Source: Acidobacteriota bacterium
Lineage (GTDB): Bacteria; Acidobacteriota; Thermoanaerobaculia; Multivoradales; JAGPDF01
DNA: 64,000 nt
Assembly: GCA_045862895.1 (NCBI GenBank)
Contig: BTUO01000007.1
Location: 169,020-233,019, forward strand
Reading direction: 5' to 3'
Part shown: one piece after another, positions 16,786 to 27,400 of the stretch
Position numbering within the stretch: position 1 is the stretch's first letter
How the letters are laid out: each line of letters begins with the position of its first letter
Notes under the pieces: generated by a model
Databases searched by the model: none
Seen by the model: only the letters and a program-made list of their open reading frames with translations
What the model was told of the DNA's origin: nothing
Translations under genes and position numbers: made by a program

Positions 16786-18248
16786 GCCGGCGCGGCGAGC
16801 TCTTCGAGCGTCGCGGCCAGCAGCTTCCAGAAGCGGCCGACCGAGTCGACGTGGACGCGCTCGTCCGGCGAATGGGGGTGCTCGATCTGCGGCCCGAGCG
16901 AGACCATGTCGCAGCCGGCGAGCTTCGCGCCCAGCACGCCGCACTCGAGCCCGGCGTGGATCGCGAGCACCCGCGGCTCGCTGCCGAGGACGCGCCCGTG
17001 GACCCGCTTCGTCACCGCCAGGACCGGCGAGGCGAGGTCGGGCTTCCAGCCGGGATAGCCCTCGCTCTGGGTCGCCTCGCCGCCGGCGAGCTCGGCGTAG
17101 GCGGCCATGCGCCGCTGCACGGCGCGCAACGCGTTGTCGATCGACGAGCGGTTGCTCATCGAGATGCGCAGCACGCCGGGCTCGGTGCGCACGCGCGCGA
17201 AGTTGGTCGAGGTCTCGACCAGCCCCGCGATCTCGTCGCTCATCCGGAGCACGCCGTGCGGCAGCGCCGCGAGCAGCGCCAGCACGCGCACCGCGGTGAC
17301 GTCGGACCAGACCTCGGGACCGCTCGGCGCGGCGTCCGTGACCGTCGCGGCGAGGCCCGGGTCGACCGCAGCCAGCTCGGACTTCACCTCACCGACGGCG
17401 GCGACGAAGGCCTTCTCGAAGGCGGCGCGGTCCTCGCGCGCCACCCGCACCACGGCTTCGGCCTCGCGCGGGATGGCGTTGGTCAGGTTGCCGCCGGTGA
17501 TCGACTCGATCTCGAACTGAAAGGTCCGCCACAGTGGGTAGAGGGCACGCGCCAGGATCTCGAGCGCGTTGCCGCGCTGCAGGTGGATGTCCACCCCCGA
17601 GTGCCCGCCCTTGAGGCCCGAGACGCGCGCCACCACGGTCGCGCGGCCGTCGACCCCGAACATCGCGTCGAGCGGTATCGCCAGCTCCGAGCCGGCGCCG
17701 CCGGCGCAGCCGACGTAGAGCGCCCCCTCTTCCTCGGTGTCGAGGTTGAGCAGCGTGCGGCCCGAGACCAGCGCCGGGTCGAGCGCGGCGGCGCCGTTCA
17801 AGCCGATCTCCTCCTCGACCGTGAACAGCAGCTCGAGCGGTCCGTGGGCGACGTCGGTCGATTCGGCGAGCGCGAGCATCGCGGCGACGCCGATGCCGTT
17901 GTCGGAGCCGAGCGTGGTACCGGTGGCGTAGAGCCATTCGCCCTCGCGGCGCGGCACGATCGGGTCGCGGTCGAAGTCGTGCTCGACCCCGGCGTTCTTC
18001 TCGCAGACCATGTCGAGGTGGGATTGCAGGACGACGGTCGGCGCCTGCTCGCGGCCGGCCGCGGCGGGGACGGAAACCACGAGATTGCCCGCGTCGTCCT
18101 GACGGACCGCCAGGCCTTTGCCGGCGGCGACCTCGCGGACGTAGGCTCGCATCGCCTCCTCTTTCTTCGAGGGTCGCGGCGTGGCGAGGATGCGGTCGAA
18201 GTGCGCCCAGAGGGCGCGCGGCTCGAGCTCGGAGACGAAGGTGGCCAT
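16782..18248 (-). CDS. pepD: aminoacyl-histidine dipeptidase (M20)
   Basis: LQSHLDMVCEKN, TTLGSDNGIG, FTVEEEIGL, NLDTEEEG, GGHSGVDI, ETSTN, IHAGLECG, HSPDE. 488 aa. Confidence 0.95.
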   Translation of the reverse strand: MATFVSELEPRALWAHFDRILATPRPSKKEEAMRAYVREVAAGKGLAVRQDDAGNLVVSVPAAAGREQAPTVVLQSHLDMVCEKNAGVEHDFDRDPIVPRREGEWLYATGTTLGSDNGIGVAAMLALAESTDVAHGPLELLFTVEEEIGLNGAAALDPALVSGRTLLNLDTEEEGALYVGCAGGAGSELAIPLDAMFGVDGRATVVARVSGLKGGHSGVDIHLQRGNALEILARALYPLWRTFQFEIESITGGNLTNAIPREAEAVVRVAREDRAAFEKAFVAAVGEVKSELAAVDPGLAATVTDAAPSGPEVWSDVTAVRVLALLAALPHGVLRMSDEIAGLVETSTNFARVRTEPGVLRISMSNRSSIDNALRAVQRRMAAYAELAGGEATQSEGYPGWKPDLASPVLAVTKRVHGRVLGSEPRVLAIHAGLECGVLGAKLAGCDMVSLGPQIEHPHSPDERVHVDSVGRFWKLLAATLEELAAPA

Positions 18249-18338
18249 GGCGACATTCTACGCAGCACCCCCGACCGGCCGGAGCCCGGCTCCGACGCCT
18301 GACCCGCGGCGCCGGCGGACGTCGTATCAGGAGACGAG

Positions 18339-19265
18339 ATGAAGGCCCTGACCTGTCCGAAGTGCGGTGCCCCGGTCGAGATCGACGAGACCTCCGGCGC
18401 GGCGTCGTTCCGCTGCGGCTTCTGCGGCTCGACGCTGGCGCCGACGCGGACGCTCTCCGCCGCCGGCGCGCCGGTGGTGATCGACCTGCGCCTCGCCCGC
18501 CGCGCCGGAGCGTCGGCCGCGCGCTGGGTGGCGCTCGTCTTCGCGATCACCATGGCCTTCACCGGCTGGATCGTCTGGACCTCGGTGCGCGCCGCCACCT
18601 CCGGCGTGGGCTCGGCCTTCGGCGAGATCTCGCGGGCGGTCGAGATCGCCGGCGCCCAGGCGAAGACCTGGAAGCTCGCCGACCTCGGTGCGCTCGGCGG
18701 GGGCGGCGGCTGGGTCACGCTCGAGTTGGCGCCGCCGCCGCCAGCGACCGGCGGGTACGCCGCTTTCGACCCGGTCGCGGCCCTGCCCTGGGCCCTGACC
18801 GCGGCCCAGGCGTGGCGCGGCGACGTCGCGCTCGAGCGGATCGACGTCACCCGCCTGCGCGCCGACGGCACGGTCAACGTCGCCGACGACCCCGAGGGCG
18901 AGGTGATGTACCGCTTCCTGAACCCGTCCGGAATCGCCGAGTGGCGGCGCCAGTCGAAACTTTCGACCCGGGCCGAGGCCGACTACGAGTTGTTCGTCAA
19001 GCTCGGCGCCGGGCGGATCACCGCGTTGGTCGTGCGCGGCCGGCCGAGCGACGACGCGGTGCCGGACTATCCGAGCCGGATCCTGCCCACTCGCGACCTG
19101 ATGGACCGCCTCGGCCGCGACGCGCGCTTCGCCGAGCTGCCCTTCCTCTCCGGCTACCTGATCGAGCTCGACGACGAGGGGTGGGTCTGGTACCTGGCGC
19201 CGCTGTCCGGCGGTTCGCTGCCGCGGGCGCGGGCGCGCGACGGCCGGATCTGGCCCTACCGCTGA
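18339..19265 (+). CDS. zinc-ribbon membrane-anchored hypothetical protein
   Basis: CPKC...CGFC at the N-terminus, one TM, then a soluble domain. SD AGGAG. 308 aa. Confidence 0.75.
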   Translation: MKALTCPKCGAPVEIDETSGAASFRCGFCGSTLAPTRTLSAAGAPVVIDLRLARRAGASAARWVALVFAITMAFTGWIVWTSVRAATSGVGSAFGEISRAVEIAGAQAKTWKLADLGALGGGGGWVTLELAPPPPATGGYAAFDPVAALPWALTAAQAWRGDVALERIDVTRLRADGTVNVADDPEGEVMYRFLNPSGIAEWRRQSKLSTRAEADYELFVKLGAGRITALVVRGRPSDDAVPDYPSRILPTRDLMDRLGRDARFAELPFLSGYLIELDDEGWVWYLAPLSGGSLPRARARDGRIWPYR

Positions 19266-19296
19266 GGCCGCGAACGGCGCGCCCGGTGCGTGCCGC

Positions 19297-19983
19297 TCAA
19301 GTGGCCGGCGCCGGGCTCGGCAGGGCGGCGGCCGCGCTGTCGCGGTGGCGATCGACCCACCAGCCCCAGGCGACCAGCAGCCACATCGACTGCGCCACCC
19401 AGGCGACCGCCTCGGAAGAAGGCGGCGGCGGTCCGAACACGCTCGCCAGATAGACCACGATCAGGAACGCGACGAGCGCGCCGAGGCCGACGCTGCCGAT
19501 GCGATCGCGCGCCCGGCTCGAGCGCAGGTAGACCGAGAGACCGACCGCCAGCAGTCCGCCCTCGACCGCCAGCGTCGCCGGCAGGCTGTTCCAGAGCCCG
19601 AGGCCGAGCAGCGGCCCCTCGCCCGGGGCGAGCGGCAGGTCCGGCCGGTGCACGACGAGGTCGACGAACCAGTGCGACAGGATGGTCGCCAGCACCACCA
19701 GGGCGCCCTCGTACCGCCCGGCGCGCACCAGCCGCCAGAGACCGGCAGCGACGAGCCCGAGCACCGACATCGCCAGCAGGCTGTGCGACCAGGGGTAGTG
19801 GACGAAGTCGAGCGGCGTCACCACCGTGGCGCCCGGCTCGACCTCGACTCGCTCGACGCCGGCCAGGACCAGGTTCGGCCAGAGCAGGTCGGCCGCCTGC
19901 GCGGCGGCGAACAAGGTGCCGAGCGAGACCTCGGGTGCCGCCCGCTTGGCCGCGAACGCGACGCCGAAATGGCCGAGGAACAT
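19297..19983 (-). CDS. membrane-bound metal-dependent hydrolase (YdjM-like)
   Basis: MFLGHF, ADLLWP, WSHSL, SHWFVDLVVHRPDLP. 228 aa. Confidence 0.8.
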   Translation of the reverse strand: MFLGHFGVAFAAKRAAPEVSLGTLFAAAQAADLLWPNLVLAGVERVEVEPGATVVTPLDFVHYPWSHSLLAMSVLGLVAAGLWRLVRAGRYEGALVVLATILSHWFVDLVVHRPDLPLAPGEGPLLGLGLWNSLPATLAVEGGLLAVGLSVYLRSSRARDRIGSVGLGALVAFLIVVYLASVFGPPPPSSEAVAWVAQSMWLLVAWGWWVDRHRDSAAAALPSPAPAT

Positions 19984-20033
19984 GGCGGGAGACTACCTCC
20001 CCGCGACGCGGCGGGCGAGCCCGGCCCGCTCGC

Positions 20034-21350
20034 TCAGCGCGGCGCCGGCGGCGGCGAGGTCACCGGCGGCGCCGGCGCGCCCTTCGGCCAGAGCAGCCAG
20101 GCGGCGAGCGGCTGCTTCATCCGGCCCGCGGTCGCCTCGGCCTCGATGCCGGGACCGAGGAAGAGATCGGCCCGCACCGGACCGCGGATCGCCCCCCCGG
20201 TGTCCTGCGCGATGGTCAGCCGCGCCAGCGGAACCTCGCCGGCGCGGTCGAGCTCGGGCGCCGGCGGCAGAGTGCTCTCGAGCCAGACCGGCAGGCCGTA
20301 CGGCAGGAAGCGCGGATCGACCGCGATCGAGTGGCCGGCCGTGAGCTCGACCCCCTCCGCTCCCACCGGGGCGTCGCCCGGCAGCACGCGGAAGAAGACG
20401 TAGGAGCGGTTCTCGTTCATCAGCGCCTCGGCCTCGGCCGGGTGCGAGAGCAACCAGGCGCGGATCGTCTGCAGGGATACCTCCTCGCGGGCGAGCTCGC
20501 CGCGCTCGATCAGGATGCGGCCGATCGGCGTGTAGTCGTGCCCGTTCTGCGCCGCGTATCCGACCCTCACGATCGAGCCGTCGGGCAGCCGCACGCGGCC
20601 CGAGCCCTGGATCTGCAGGAAGAACAGCGCCACCGGGTCGTCGACCCAGAGCATCTCGAGGCCGCGGCCGCCGAGCGCGCCCCGCTCGATCTCGGCGCGG
20701 TCCCAGTAAGGGCGGAAGCGGCCGCCGCGCACCAGGCCGACGATCTTGCGCCCCGCCAGCTCCTTCTTGAAGTCGCCGAGATCGACGACCTGGCGGTCCT
20801 TCGGATCGAGATAGAGCGGGTGGCGGAAGGGTCCGCGCCGGCGGCGGTCACCGGCGAGCTCGGGCTCGTAATAGCCGGTCAGCAGCCCCTCGAGCTTCTC
20901 GCGATTGCCGACCCGCCACGGCTCGAACCACGCTTCGAAGAACGCCCTCGCCGCGTCGTCGTCCGCCGGCGCCACCGTCCTCGCCTGCGCGCAGACCGCG
21001 GCGAGCGACGGCGCGGCCACCGGCCCGAGGTCGCCGCCGCCGTCGCCGGTACCGTCCGCGCAGGAGGCGAGCAGGGCCGCGAGCGCGCGCCCGACGCCGG
21101 AACCCGGCCAGCCGGCGAGCTCGGCGAAAGAAGCGGGCGTCAGGGTGCGCTGGTCTTCGGCGGGCGCCGGTGGCTGCGCCGGCGCCGGCGGCGCGACCTC
21201 GACCGCCGCCGACTCGCGACCGAGCTCGGCGAGCGCCCAGAGGGCGACCGCCAGCGCGGCGAGCGCGACGGCCCCGGCGGCGATCGCCGCCGTGCGCCAG
21301 GGATTGCCGGGACGGGCGAGCGGCGGTCGGTCGGAGGGCGGCGCGATCAA
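20034..21350 (-). CDS. mltA: membrane-bound lytic murein transglycosylase A
   Basis: TGYYEP, FFLQIQGSG, YAAQNG, ENRSYVFF, SIAVD, AQDTGGAIRGPVRADLFLG (3D domain). Confidence 0.93.
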   Translation of the reverse strand: MIAPPSDRPPLARPGNPWRTAAIAAGAVALAALAVALWALAELGRESAAVEVAPPAPAQPPAPAEDQRTLTPASFAELAGWPGSGVGRALAALLASCADGTGDGGGDLGPVAAPSLAAVCAQARTVAPADDDAARAFFEAWFEPWRVGNREKLEGLLTGYYEPELAGDRRRRGPFRHPLYLDPKDRQVVDLGDFKKELAGRKIVGLVRGGRFRPYWDRAEIERGALGGRGLEMLWVDDPVALFFLQIQGSGRVRLPDGSIVRVGYAAQNGHDYTPIGRILIERGELAREEVSLQTIRAWLLSHPAEAEALMNENRSYVFFRVLPGDAPVGAEGVELTAGHSIAVDPRFLPYGLPVWLESTLPPAPELDRAGEVPLARLTIAQDTGGAIRGPVRADLFLGPGIEAEATAGRMKQPLAAWLLWPKGAPAPPVTSPPPAPR

Positions 21351-21357
21351 CTTCCGG

Positions 21358-21894
21358 CTAGAGCTTGAGCACCATCAGGGTCATGTCGTGGGCGTTGCCG
21401 TCCGGATCGGCGCCGTAGCCGGGGATGGCGTACTGCCGGAAGCCGAGCTCGGACAACACCCGGATGGCCTCGGCCTCGAGGTCGGAGATCAGCATGCAGT
21501 TCAGATGCTTCAGGCCGATGCCGCGCGCGGTGTCGATGAAGTGGTTGACCATCAGCGAGCCCAGCCCCACGCCGCGGAAGGACGGGTCGATCATCCACTT
21601 GATGCGGCCGACCAGGCGCAGCGGACCGCGCTCGCGGCGGTGCAGCGTGGCGTCGGCGACGACGCGCCCGCCGTCGAGCGCCAGCAGCGGGAAGACCTTC
21701 TCGTAGTCCAGCTCGCGCCCCCAGCGCTCCACCAGCTTGCGGTCCTCGACCCGGTCCCAGGCGAAGCGGCGGGTTTCCTCCGGAATGCGCAGGAAGAACT
21801 CGTGGAGCGCCGAGACGTCCTTGCGGGTGAACGGGCGCAGCAAGACACGGCGGCCGTCCCGGAGCACGGCCTCCTGGGGAAATCGAAGCGGCAT
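21358..21894 (-). CDS. GNAT family N-acetyltransferase
   Basis: IDPSFRGVGLGS acetyl-CoA motif. Resembles the standalone GNAT domain of acyl-CoA synthetase fusions. 178 aa from ATG 21894. Confidence 0.85.
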   Translation of the reverse strand: MPLRFPQEAVLRDGRRVLLRPFTRKDVSALHEFFLRIPEETRRFAWDRVEDRKLVERWGRELDYEKVFPLLALDGGRVVADATLHRRERGPLRLVGRIKWMIDPSFRGVGLGSLMVNHFIDTARGIGLKHLNCMLISDLEAEAIRVLSELGFRQYAIPGYGADPDGNAHDMTLMVLKL

Positions 21895-21964
21895 CGGAAC
21901 CCTCCGTCGAGGTGAAGAACCTGCGCGTCGGAGCCTACCATCCGGCGCCCGCATCGGACCGCGC

Positions 21965-21994
21965 TTGACGGGCGGTGCGGCCGCCGCCTAATGT
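21965..21994 (+). promoter_or_regulatory. sigma70-type promoter of fkpA
   Basis: TTGACG-N18-TAATGT, then SD AAGGAGG before ATG 22026. Confidence 0.6.
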
Positions 21995-22025
21995 CTCCGC
22001 CTCGCGAACCGAAGGAGGAAACCCC

Positions 22026-22778
22026 ATGCGCTTGTCCGTCGTGCTCGCTTCGATGATTCTCGCCGCCTCGGCGGCGTTCGCCCAGGAACCGCCCGCTCCG
22101 CCGGCGCCGGTCACGCTCAGTGCCGAGGAGGAGCGCGAGGTGCTCTCGACGCTCGGTGCGATGCTCTGGAAGAACCTCCAGACTTTCGATCTGACGGCCG
22201 AGGAGCTCGCGATCGTCCAGCAGGGTCTGTCCGCCGCCGCCGCCGGCACCGCGCCGGAGCCCGACCTCGCCACGATGTCGCCCAGGATCGACGCCTTCCG
22301 CCGCGCCCGCGTCGAGAAGCGGGCGGCCATCGAGAAGGAGCGCGGTCGCGCCTACGTCGACGAGCAGGCGGCGCGCCCCGGCGCGGTGCGCACCGAGTCG
22401 GGCATGGTCTACCTCGAGACCGCCGCCGGCAGCGGCGACGCCCCGACGGCCGAGGACACCGTCAAGGTCCACTATCGCGGCACGCTGGTCGACGGCACCG
22501 AGTTCGACAGCTCCTACAAGCGCGAGCAGCCGGCCGAGTTTCCGCTGGGCCGGGTGATCAAGTGCTGGACCGAGGGGCTGCAGAAGATGAAGCCGGGCGG
22601 CAAGGCGACACTGGTCTGCCCGTCCGACATCGCCTACGGCGACCGCGGCCGCCCGTCGATCCCGGCCGGCGCGACGCTGGTCTTCGAGGTCGAGCTGCTC
22701 GAGGTGAAGAAGAAGCCGGTGGTGACCGGTCCGGTGCCGGTTCCCGCGCCCGCGGCCGAATCCAAGCCGGCCGGCTGA
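22026..22778 (+). CDS. fkpA: FKBP-type peptidyl-prolyl isomerase (FkpA/Mip-like)
   Basis: Signal peptide, FKBP_N helix, VKVHYRGTLVDGTEFDSSY, VIKCWTEGLQKM, AYG, LVFEVELL. Confidence 0.92.
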   Translation: MRLSVVLASMILAASAAFAQEPPAPPAPVTLSAEEEREVLSTLGAMLWKNLQTFDLTAEELAIVQQGLSAAAAGTAPEPDLATMSPRIDAFRRARVEKRAAIEKERGRAYVDEQAARPGAVRTESGMVYLETAAGSGDAPTAEDTVKVHYRGTLVDGTEFDSSYKREQPAEFPLGRVIKCWTEGLQKMKPGGKATLVCPSDIAYGDRGRPSIPAGATLVFEVELLEVKKKPVVTGPVPVPAPAAESKPAG

Positions 22779-22794
22779 CCGGCGCCGAGCTTCG

Positions 22795-24342
22795 ATGAAG
22801 ACGCTCGCCAGCTTCCTCGCCGGCCGGTGGCACCAGGCCGACCGCGACTTCCAGGTGCTCGCCGACCCCTCGACCGAGGAGCCGCTCGCGCGCGCCTCTT
22901 CCGCGGGGGCCGACTTCGCGGCCGCGATCGACTGGGCGCGGCAGGTCGGCGGACCGGCTCTCGCGCGCTTGAGCTTCGGTCAGCGTGGCGAGATCCTCAA
23001 GGCGCTGTCGAAGAAGCTGCGCGAGCACCGCGACGAGCTGCTCGAGCTGTCGAAGGTCAACAACGGCGCCACGGCGTCCGACGGCTCGTTCGACGTCGAC
23101 GGCGCCGGCGGTACGCTCGCCTTCTACGGGGGCCTCGGGGTCACCCTCGGGGACCGCCGCCGGCTGGCCGACGGCGACGGCCTCCAGCTCGGCAAGACCG
23201 AGTCCTTCTGGACCGGTCACGCGCTGGTCCCGCGCCGCGGCGTCGCGCTCCACGTCAACGCCTTCAACTTCCCGGCCTGGGGCTTCGCCGAGAAGTTCGC
23301 GTGCGCATTCCTCGCCGGCACGCCGGTGATCACCAAGCCGGCGACAGCGACCGCGCTGACCGCCCACCGCATGGTCGAGATCGCGCTCGCCAGCGGACTG
23401 CTGCCCGAGGGCTCGCTGCAACTGGTCGTCGGCTCCACCGGCGACCTGCTCGACCGGCTCGGCTCCCAGGACGTCTTCGCCTTCACCGGCAGCGCCGCGA
23501 CGGCGCGCACGCTGCGCGGCCGCGCCAACCTGCTGGCGGCGAGCGTCCGGGTCAACGTCGAAGCCGACAGCCTGAACGCCGCGGTGCTCGCCCCCGGGGT
23601 CGCCCCCGGCTCGGCGCTGTTCGACCTGTTCGTGCGCGACGTCGTGCGCGAGATCACCCAGAAGGCGGGCCAGAAGTGCACCGCCGTGCGCCGGATCCTG
23701 GTGCCGAAGGAGGCGGCAGCCGCGGTCGCCGACGCGCTCGCCGCGCGCCTCGCCCAGGTGGTCACCGGCAACCCGGCCGACACCGAAGTGACGATGGGCC
23801 CGCTCGCCACCGCCGACCAGCTGCGCGACGCCCTCGACGGCGTCGCCGAGCTGCTCGCGACCTGCCAACTCGTAGCAGGTACCGGACGCCGGACCGACGG
23901 TCGCGGCGCGCCGGCCGGCAAGGGGCACTTCCTGGCGCCGACGCTGCTCACCTCCGACGCGCCGCTCGAGCTGACTCCGGTCCACGAGCGCGAGGTCTTC
24001 GCGCCGGTCGCGACCCTGCTCGCGCTCTCCGGCGACGCCGCCGAGGCCGGTCGCGTCGTCGCGCTGGCCGGCGGCACGCTGGTGACCTCGGTCTACGGCG
24101 ACGATCCGGCCTGGCTCGCCGATTTCCTGGCGAGCGCGGGACCGTGGACCGGCCGCGTCTACGTCGGATCGACCGGCTCGGAGGGGTTCGGCTCGGGCGC
24201 CGCGCTGCCCGGCTCGATCCACGGCGGCCCGGGCCGCGCCGGCGGGGGCGAGGAGCTCGGCGGCCTGCGCGGTCTCGCGCCGTACCTGCAGCGGGTCGCG
24301 CTGCAGGGGCATCGCGCGGTGGTCGACAGCCTGCTCGGCTGA
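22795..24342 (+). CDS. aldehyde dehydrogenase, 3,4-dehydroadipyl-CoA semialdehyde dehydrogenase (BoxD) / PaaZ-ALDH-like
   Basis: HVNAFNFPAWG, FTGSA, EADSLN, KAGQKCTAVRR, EVFAPV, HGGPGRAGGGEELGGLR. 515 aa. Confidence 0.88.
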   Translation: MKTLASFLAGRWHQADRDFQVLADPSTEEPLARASSAGADFAAAIDWARQVGGPALARLSFGQRGEILKALSKKLREHRDELLELSKVNNGATASDGSFDVDGAGGTLAFYGGLGVTLGDRRRLADGDGLQLGKTESFWTGHALVPRRGVALHVNAFNFPAWGFAEKFACAFLAGTPVITKPATATALTAHRMVEIALASGLLPEGSLQLVVGSTGDLLDRLGSQDVFAFTGSAATARTLRGRANLLAASVRVNVEADSLNAAVLAPGVAPGSALFDLFVRDVVREITQKAGQKCTAVRRILVPKEAAAAVADALAARLAQVVTGNPADTEVTMGPLATADQLRDALDGVAELLATCQLVAGTGRRTDGRGAPAGKGHFLAPTLLTSDAPLELTPVHEREVFAPVATLLALSGDAAEAGRVVALAGGTLVTSVYGDDPAWLADFLASAGPWTGRVYVGSTGSEGFGSGAALPGSIHGGPGRAGGGEELGGLRGLAPYLQRVALQGHRAVVDSLLG

Positions 24343-24419
24343 ACGGCGGCTTCGCGGAAGCGCAGCGGCCACCGCAGTAGGATGTGCGGCACGCGCCCGT
24401 TCTCGATGGCGATGCCGCG

Positions 24420-27400
24420 ATGACGACGACCCGTTCCGGGTTCCTCTGCTCGAACTGTCGGGTTCCGGTCCCGGTTCCCGAGGCGGCGCTGCGCGACGCG
24501 ACGCTCGCCGTCGTCTGTCCCAACTGCGGCCAGCGCTACCAGCGCCGTCCCTCCGGCGCGACCCGCGCCCCGTCGCCGAGCGCCCCGACCTCCCCGCCGC
24601 GCCCTTCGACCGATTCCGCTCGGACCCCCGAGTCGCGCCCCGGCACGACGCGAGCGTCCGAGCGAGCGCCGACTTCGGCGACGGCGGGGGCGGGCGGGTC
24701 GGACTCCGCGCCGGCGCTCGCCGACGGCGCCCTGGTCGCGGGCCGCTGGCGCATCGTCCGCTTCCTCGCGCGCGGCGGCATGGGCGAGGTCTACGAAGCC
24801 GAGGACGGCGAGCTGCGCGAACGGGTGGCGCTCAAGACCATCCACCCCACGGTCTCGTCGCAGCCCGCCTCGCTCGAGCGCTTCAAGCGCGAGGTCCACC
24901 TCGCCCGCAAGGTCACCCACCCCAACGTCTGCCGGCTGTTCGAGTTCGGCATCCATCCCGCGGCCGACGGCCCGGCCACCGCTTTCCTGACCATGGAGCT
25001 GCTCGAGGGCGAGACGCTGGCCGAGCGCGCCCGGCGCGTCGGCCGGATGCCGGCCGACGTGGTCCTGCCGATCGTGCGGCAGATCGGCGCCGCGCTCGCG
25101 GCGGCCCACGCGGCGGGCGTCGTCCACCGCGACCTCAAGGGGGACAACATCTTCCTGGTGCCGGCGTCGGCCGGCGGCGAGCGCGTCGTCGTGACCGATT
25201 TTGGCATCGCCCGTGGAGGCGCCGACGATCGTTTCGCGCTCACCGCGACATCCATCGGCGGCGGCCTGGGAACACCCGCCTACATGGCACCCGAACAGGT
25301 GACCGGGGAGCCCGCGACCGCCGCCGCCGACCAGTACGCGCTCGGCGTCCTGGTCTTCGAGCTGCTCACCGGCGAGCTGCCTTTCCGCGCCGACACCCCG
25401 CTCGCCACGGCGGCCAAGCGGCTGACCGAAGCGCCGCCGTCGCTCGCCGACCGGCTCCCCGATCTCGATCCGCGCTGGGCCGCGACGGTCGGGCGCGCGC
25501 TCGAGCGCGACCCGCGCGACCGCTTCGCCTCGGTCCAGGATCTGGTCGCCGCGCTCGAGGGGAGTCTGCCGGTCGCCCCGGCGACCGCCGTCGGGTACCG
25601 CGCGCCGGCGTCGGCACCCGCGCGCGAGTCGTCCACCCGCGACCGTCGCCAGCGCTGGCTCGCCGCCCTGCTCGGCGTGGCGCTGGTCGCCGCCAGCGCC
25701 TGGGCGGTGATCCGCCTGCGCTCGCAGCGGGAGCGCACCGCCGCGCTGCGCCCGGTCGCGGCGCGCACCACGGTCGCGGTCGTCGGCCTGCGCAACCTCG
25801 CCGGGCGCGAGGACGCCGCCTGGCTGGGCACGGCGATCGCCGAGATGCTGTCGACCGAGCTCGCCCAGGGGGGAGGGCTGCGCGTGGTCCCGGGCGACGC
25901 CGTCGCGCGCGCGGTCGAGGAGCTCGAGCTCGGCGCGGCCGAGCGCCTCTCCGCGGAGCTCCGCGCCCGGCTGCGTGCCCGGCTCGCGGCCGACTATCTC
26001 GTGCTCGGCGGCTTCACCGCGCTCGCCGAAGGCGACGCGCTCCGCTTCGACCTGCGGCTCGAGCAAGCCGCGACCGGCGAGGCGGTCGAGACGCTCGCCG
26101 AGAGCGGACGATCCTCCGAGCTGTTCGACCTGGTCTCGCGGGCGGGATCGAAGTTGCGGACCCGCCTCGGCGCCGCCGGCGGCGGTGCCGGCCGCTCGCT
26201 GCTGCCGGCATCGCCCGAGGCCGCGCGCCTGTACGCCGAGGGAATCGAGCGCCTGCGCAAGCTCGAACCCGAAGCGGCCCGCGAGCGGCTCGAACGCGCG
26301 GTCGAGCTCGACCCCGGCAACGCTCTCGCCCGCTCCTCGCTCGCCGTCGCCTGGTCGGCGCTCGGCTTCGACGGCCGCGCCGCCGAGGAGGCGCGACGCG
26401 CCTACGAGCTGGCGTCGAGCCTGCCGGAGCCCGAGCGCTGGATCGTCGAGGCGCGCTATTTCGAAAGCGCCGGTCAGTGGCAGCGCGCGGCCGAGGTCTG
26501 GCAGGCGCTGTGGAGCGCGGCGCCGGACAACCTCGACTACGGCCTGCGGCTCGCCGCCTGCCGCACCCAGGCCGGCGAGGTCGAAACCGCGCTCGCCGCG
26601 ATCGGCGCGCTGCGCGCCCTGCCCGAGCCGGACGGCGTCGACCCGCGGCTCGACCTCGCCGAAGCCGCCGCCGCCGCTGCGATGTCCGACTACCGGCGGC
26701 AGGCCGAGGCCGCCCGCCGCGCCGCCGCTCGCGCCGAGGCGGTCGGCGGCAGCCAGCTCGCGGCCCAGGCGCACGCGATGAGCTCCTGGGCGCTGCGCAA
26801 CCTCGGCCGCGGCGACGAGGCGCTCGCCGCCGCCGAGGCGTCGCGCGCGCTGGCGGAGCGCGCCGGCGACCGTGCGGCCGCCGCCGAGGCGATGGCGCTC
26901 GCCGCAGCAGTTTCACTCGACCGCGGCGACCTCGACGCCGCGGCCGACGGCTACGAGCGGGCGCTGGCGACCTCGCGCGAGCTCGGCGACCGGGGCGGCG
27001 CCGCCCGCGCGCTCAACAACCTCGCGGTGGTGCGCAAGGCCCGGGGCGAGCTCGGTGCCGCGCGGCGGCAGTACGAGGAGGCCGAGCAGCTCGCGATCGA
27101 GACCGGCAACCGGCGGGGAGCCGCCTACTCGGCGCAGAACGTCGCCGTGATCCTCGCCGACCTGGGCGAGCTCGACGCCGCGCTCGCGCGGCTCGAGGCG
27201 GCGCGCGCGGTCTTCGCGGAGCTGGCGGATCCGGCGGGGGAGGCCTCGGCGCTGGCGAATCTCGGGGCGGTCCGCCGGCGCCGGGGCGAGCTCGCCGACG
27301 CCCGCCGGCTGCTCGAGGAGTCGCTCGCCCGCCGGCGCGCGCTCGGTCAGCGCGCCGCCGAGGCGGCGACGCTCTCCGCGCTCGGACAGGCCCTCGCCGA

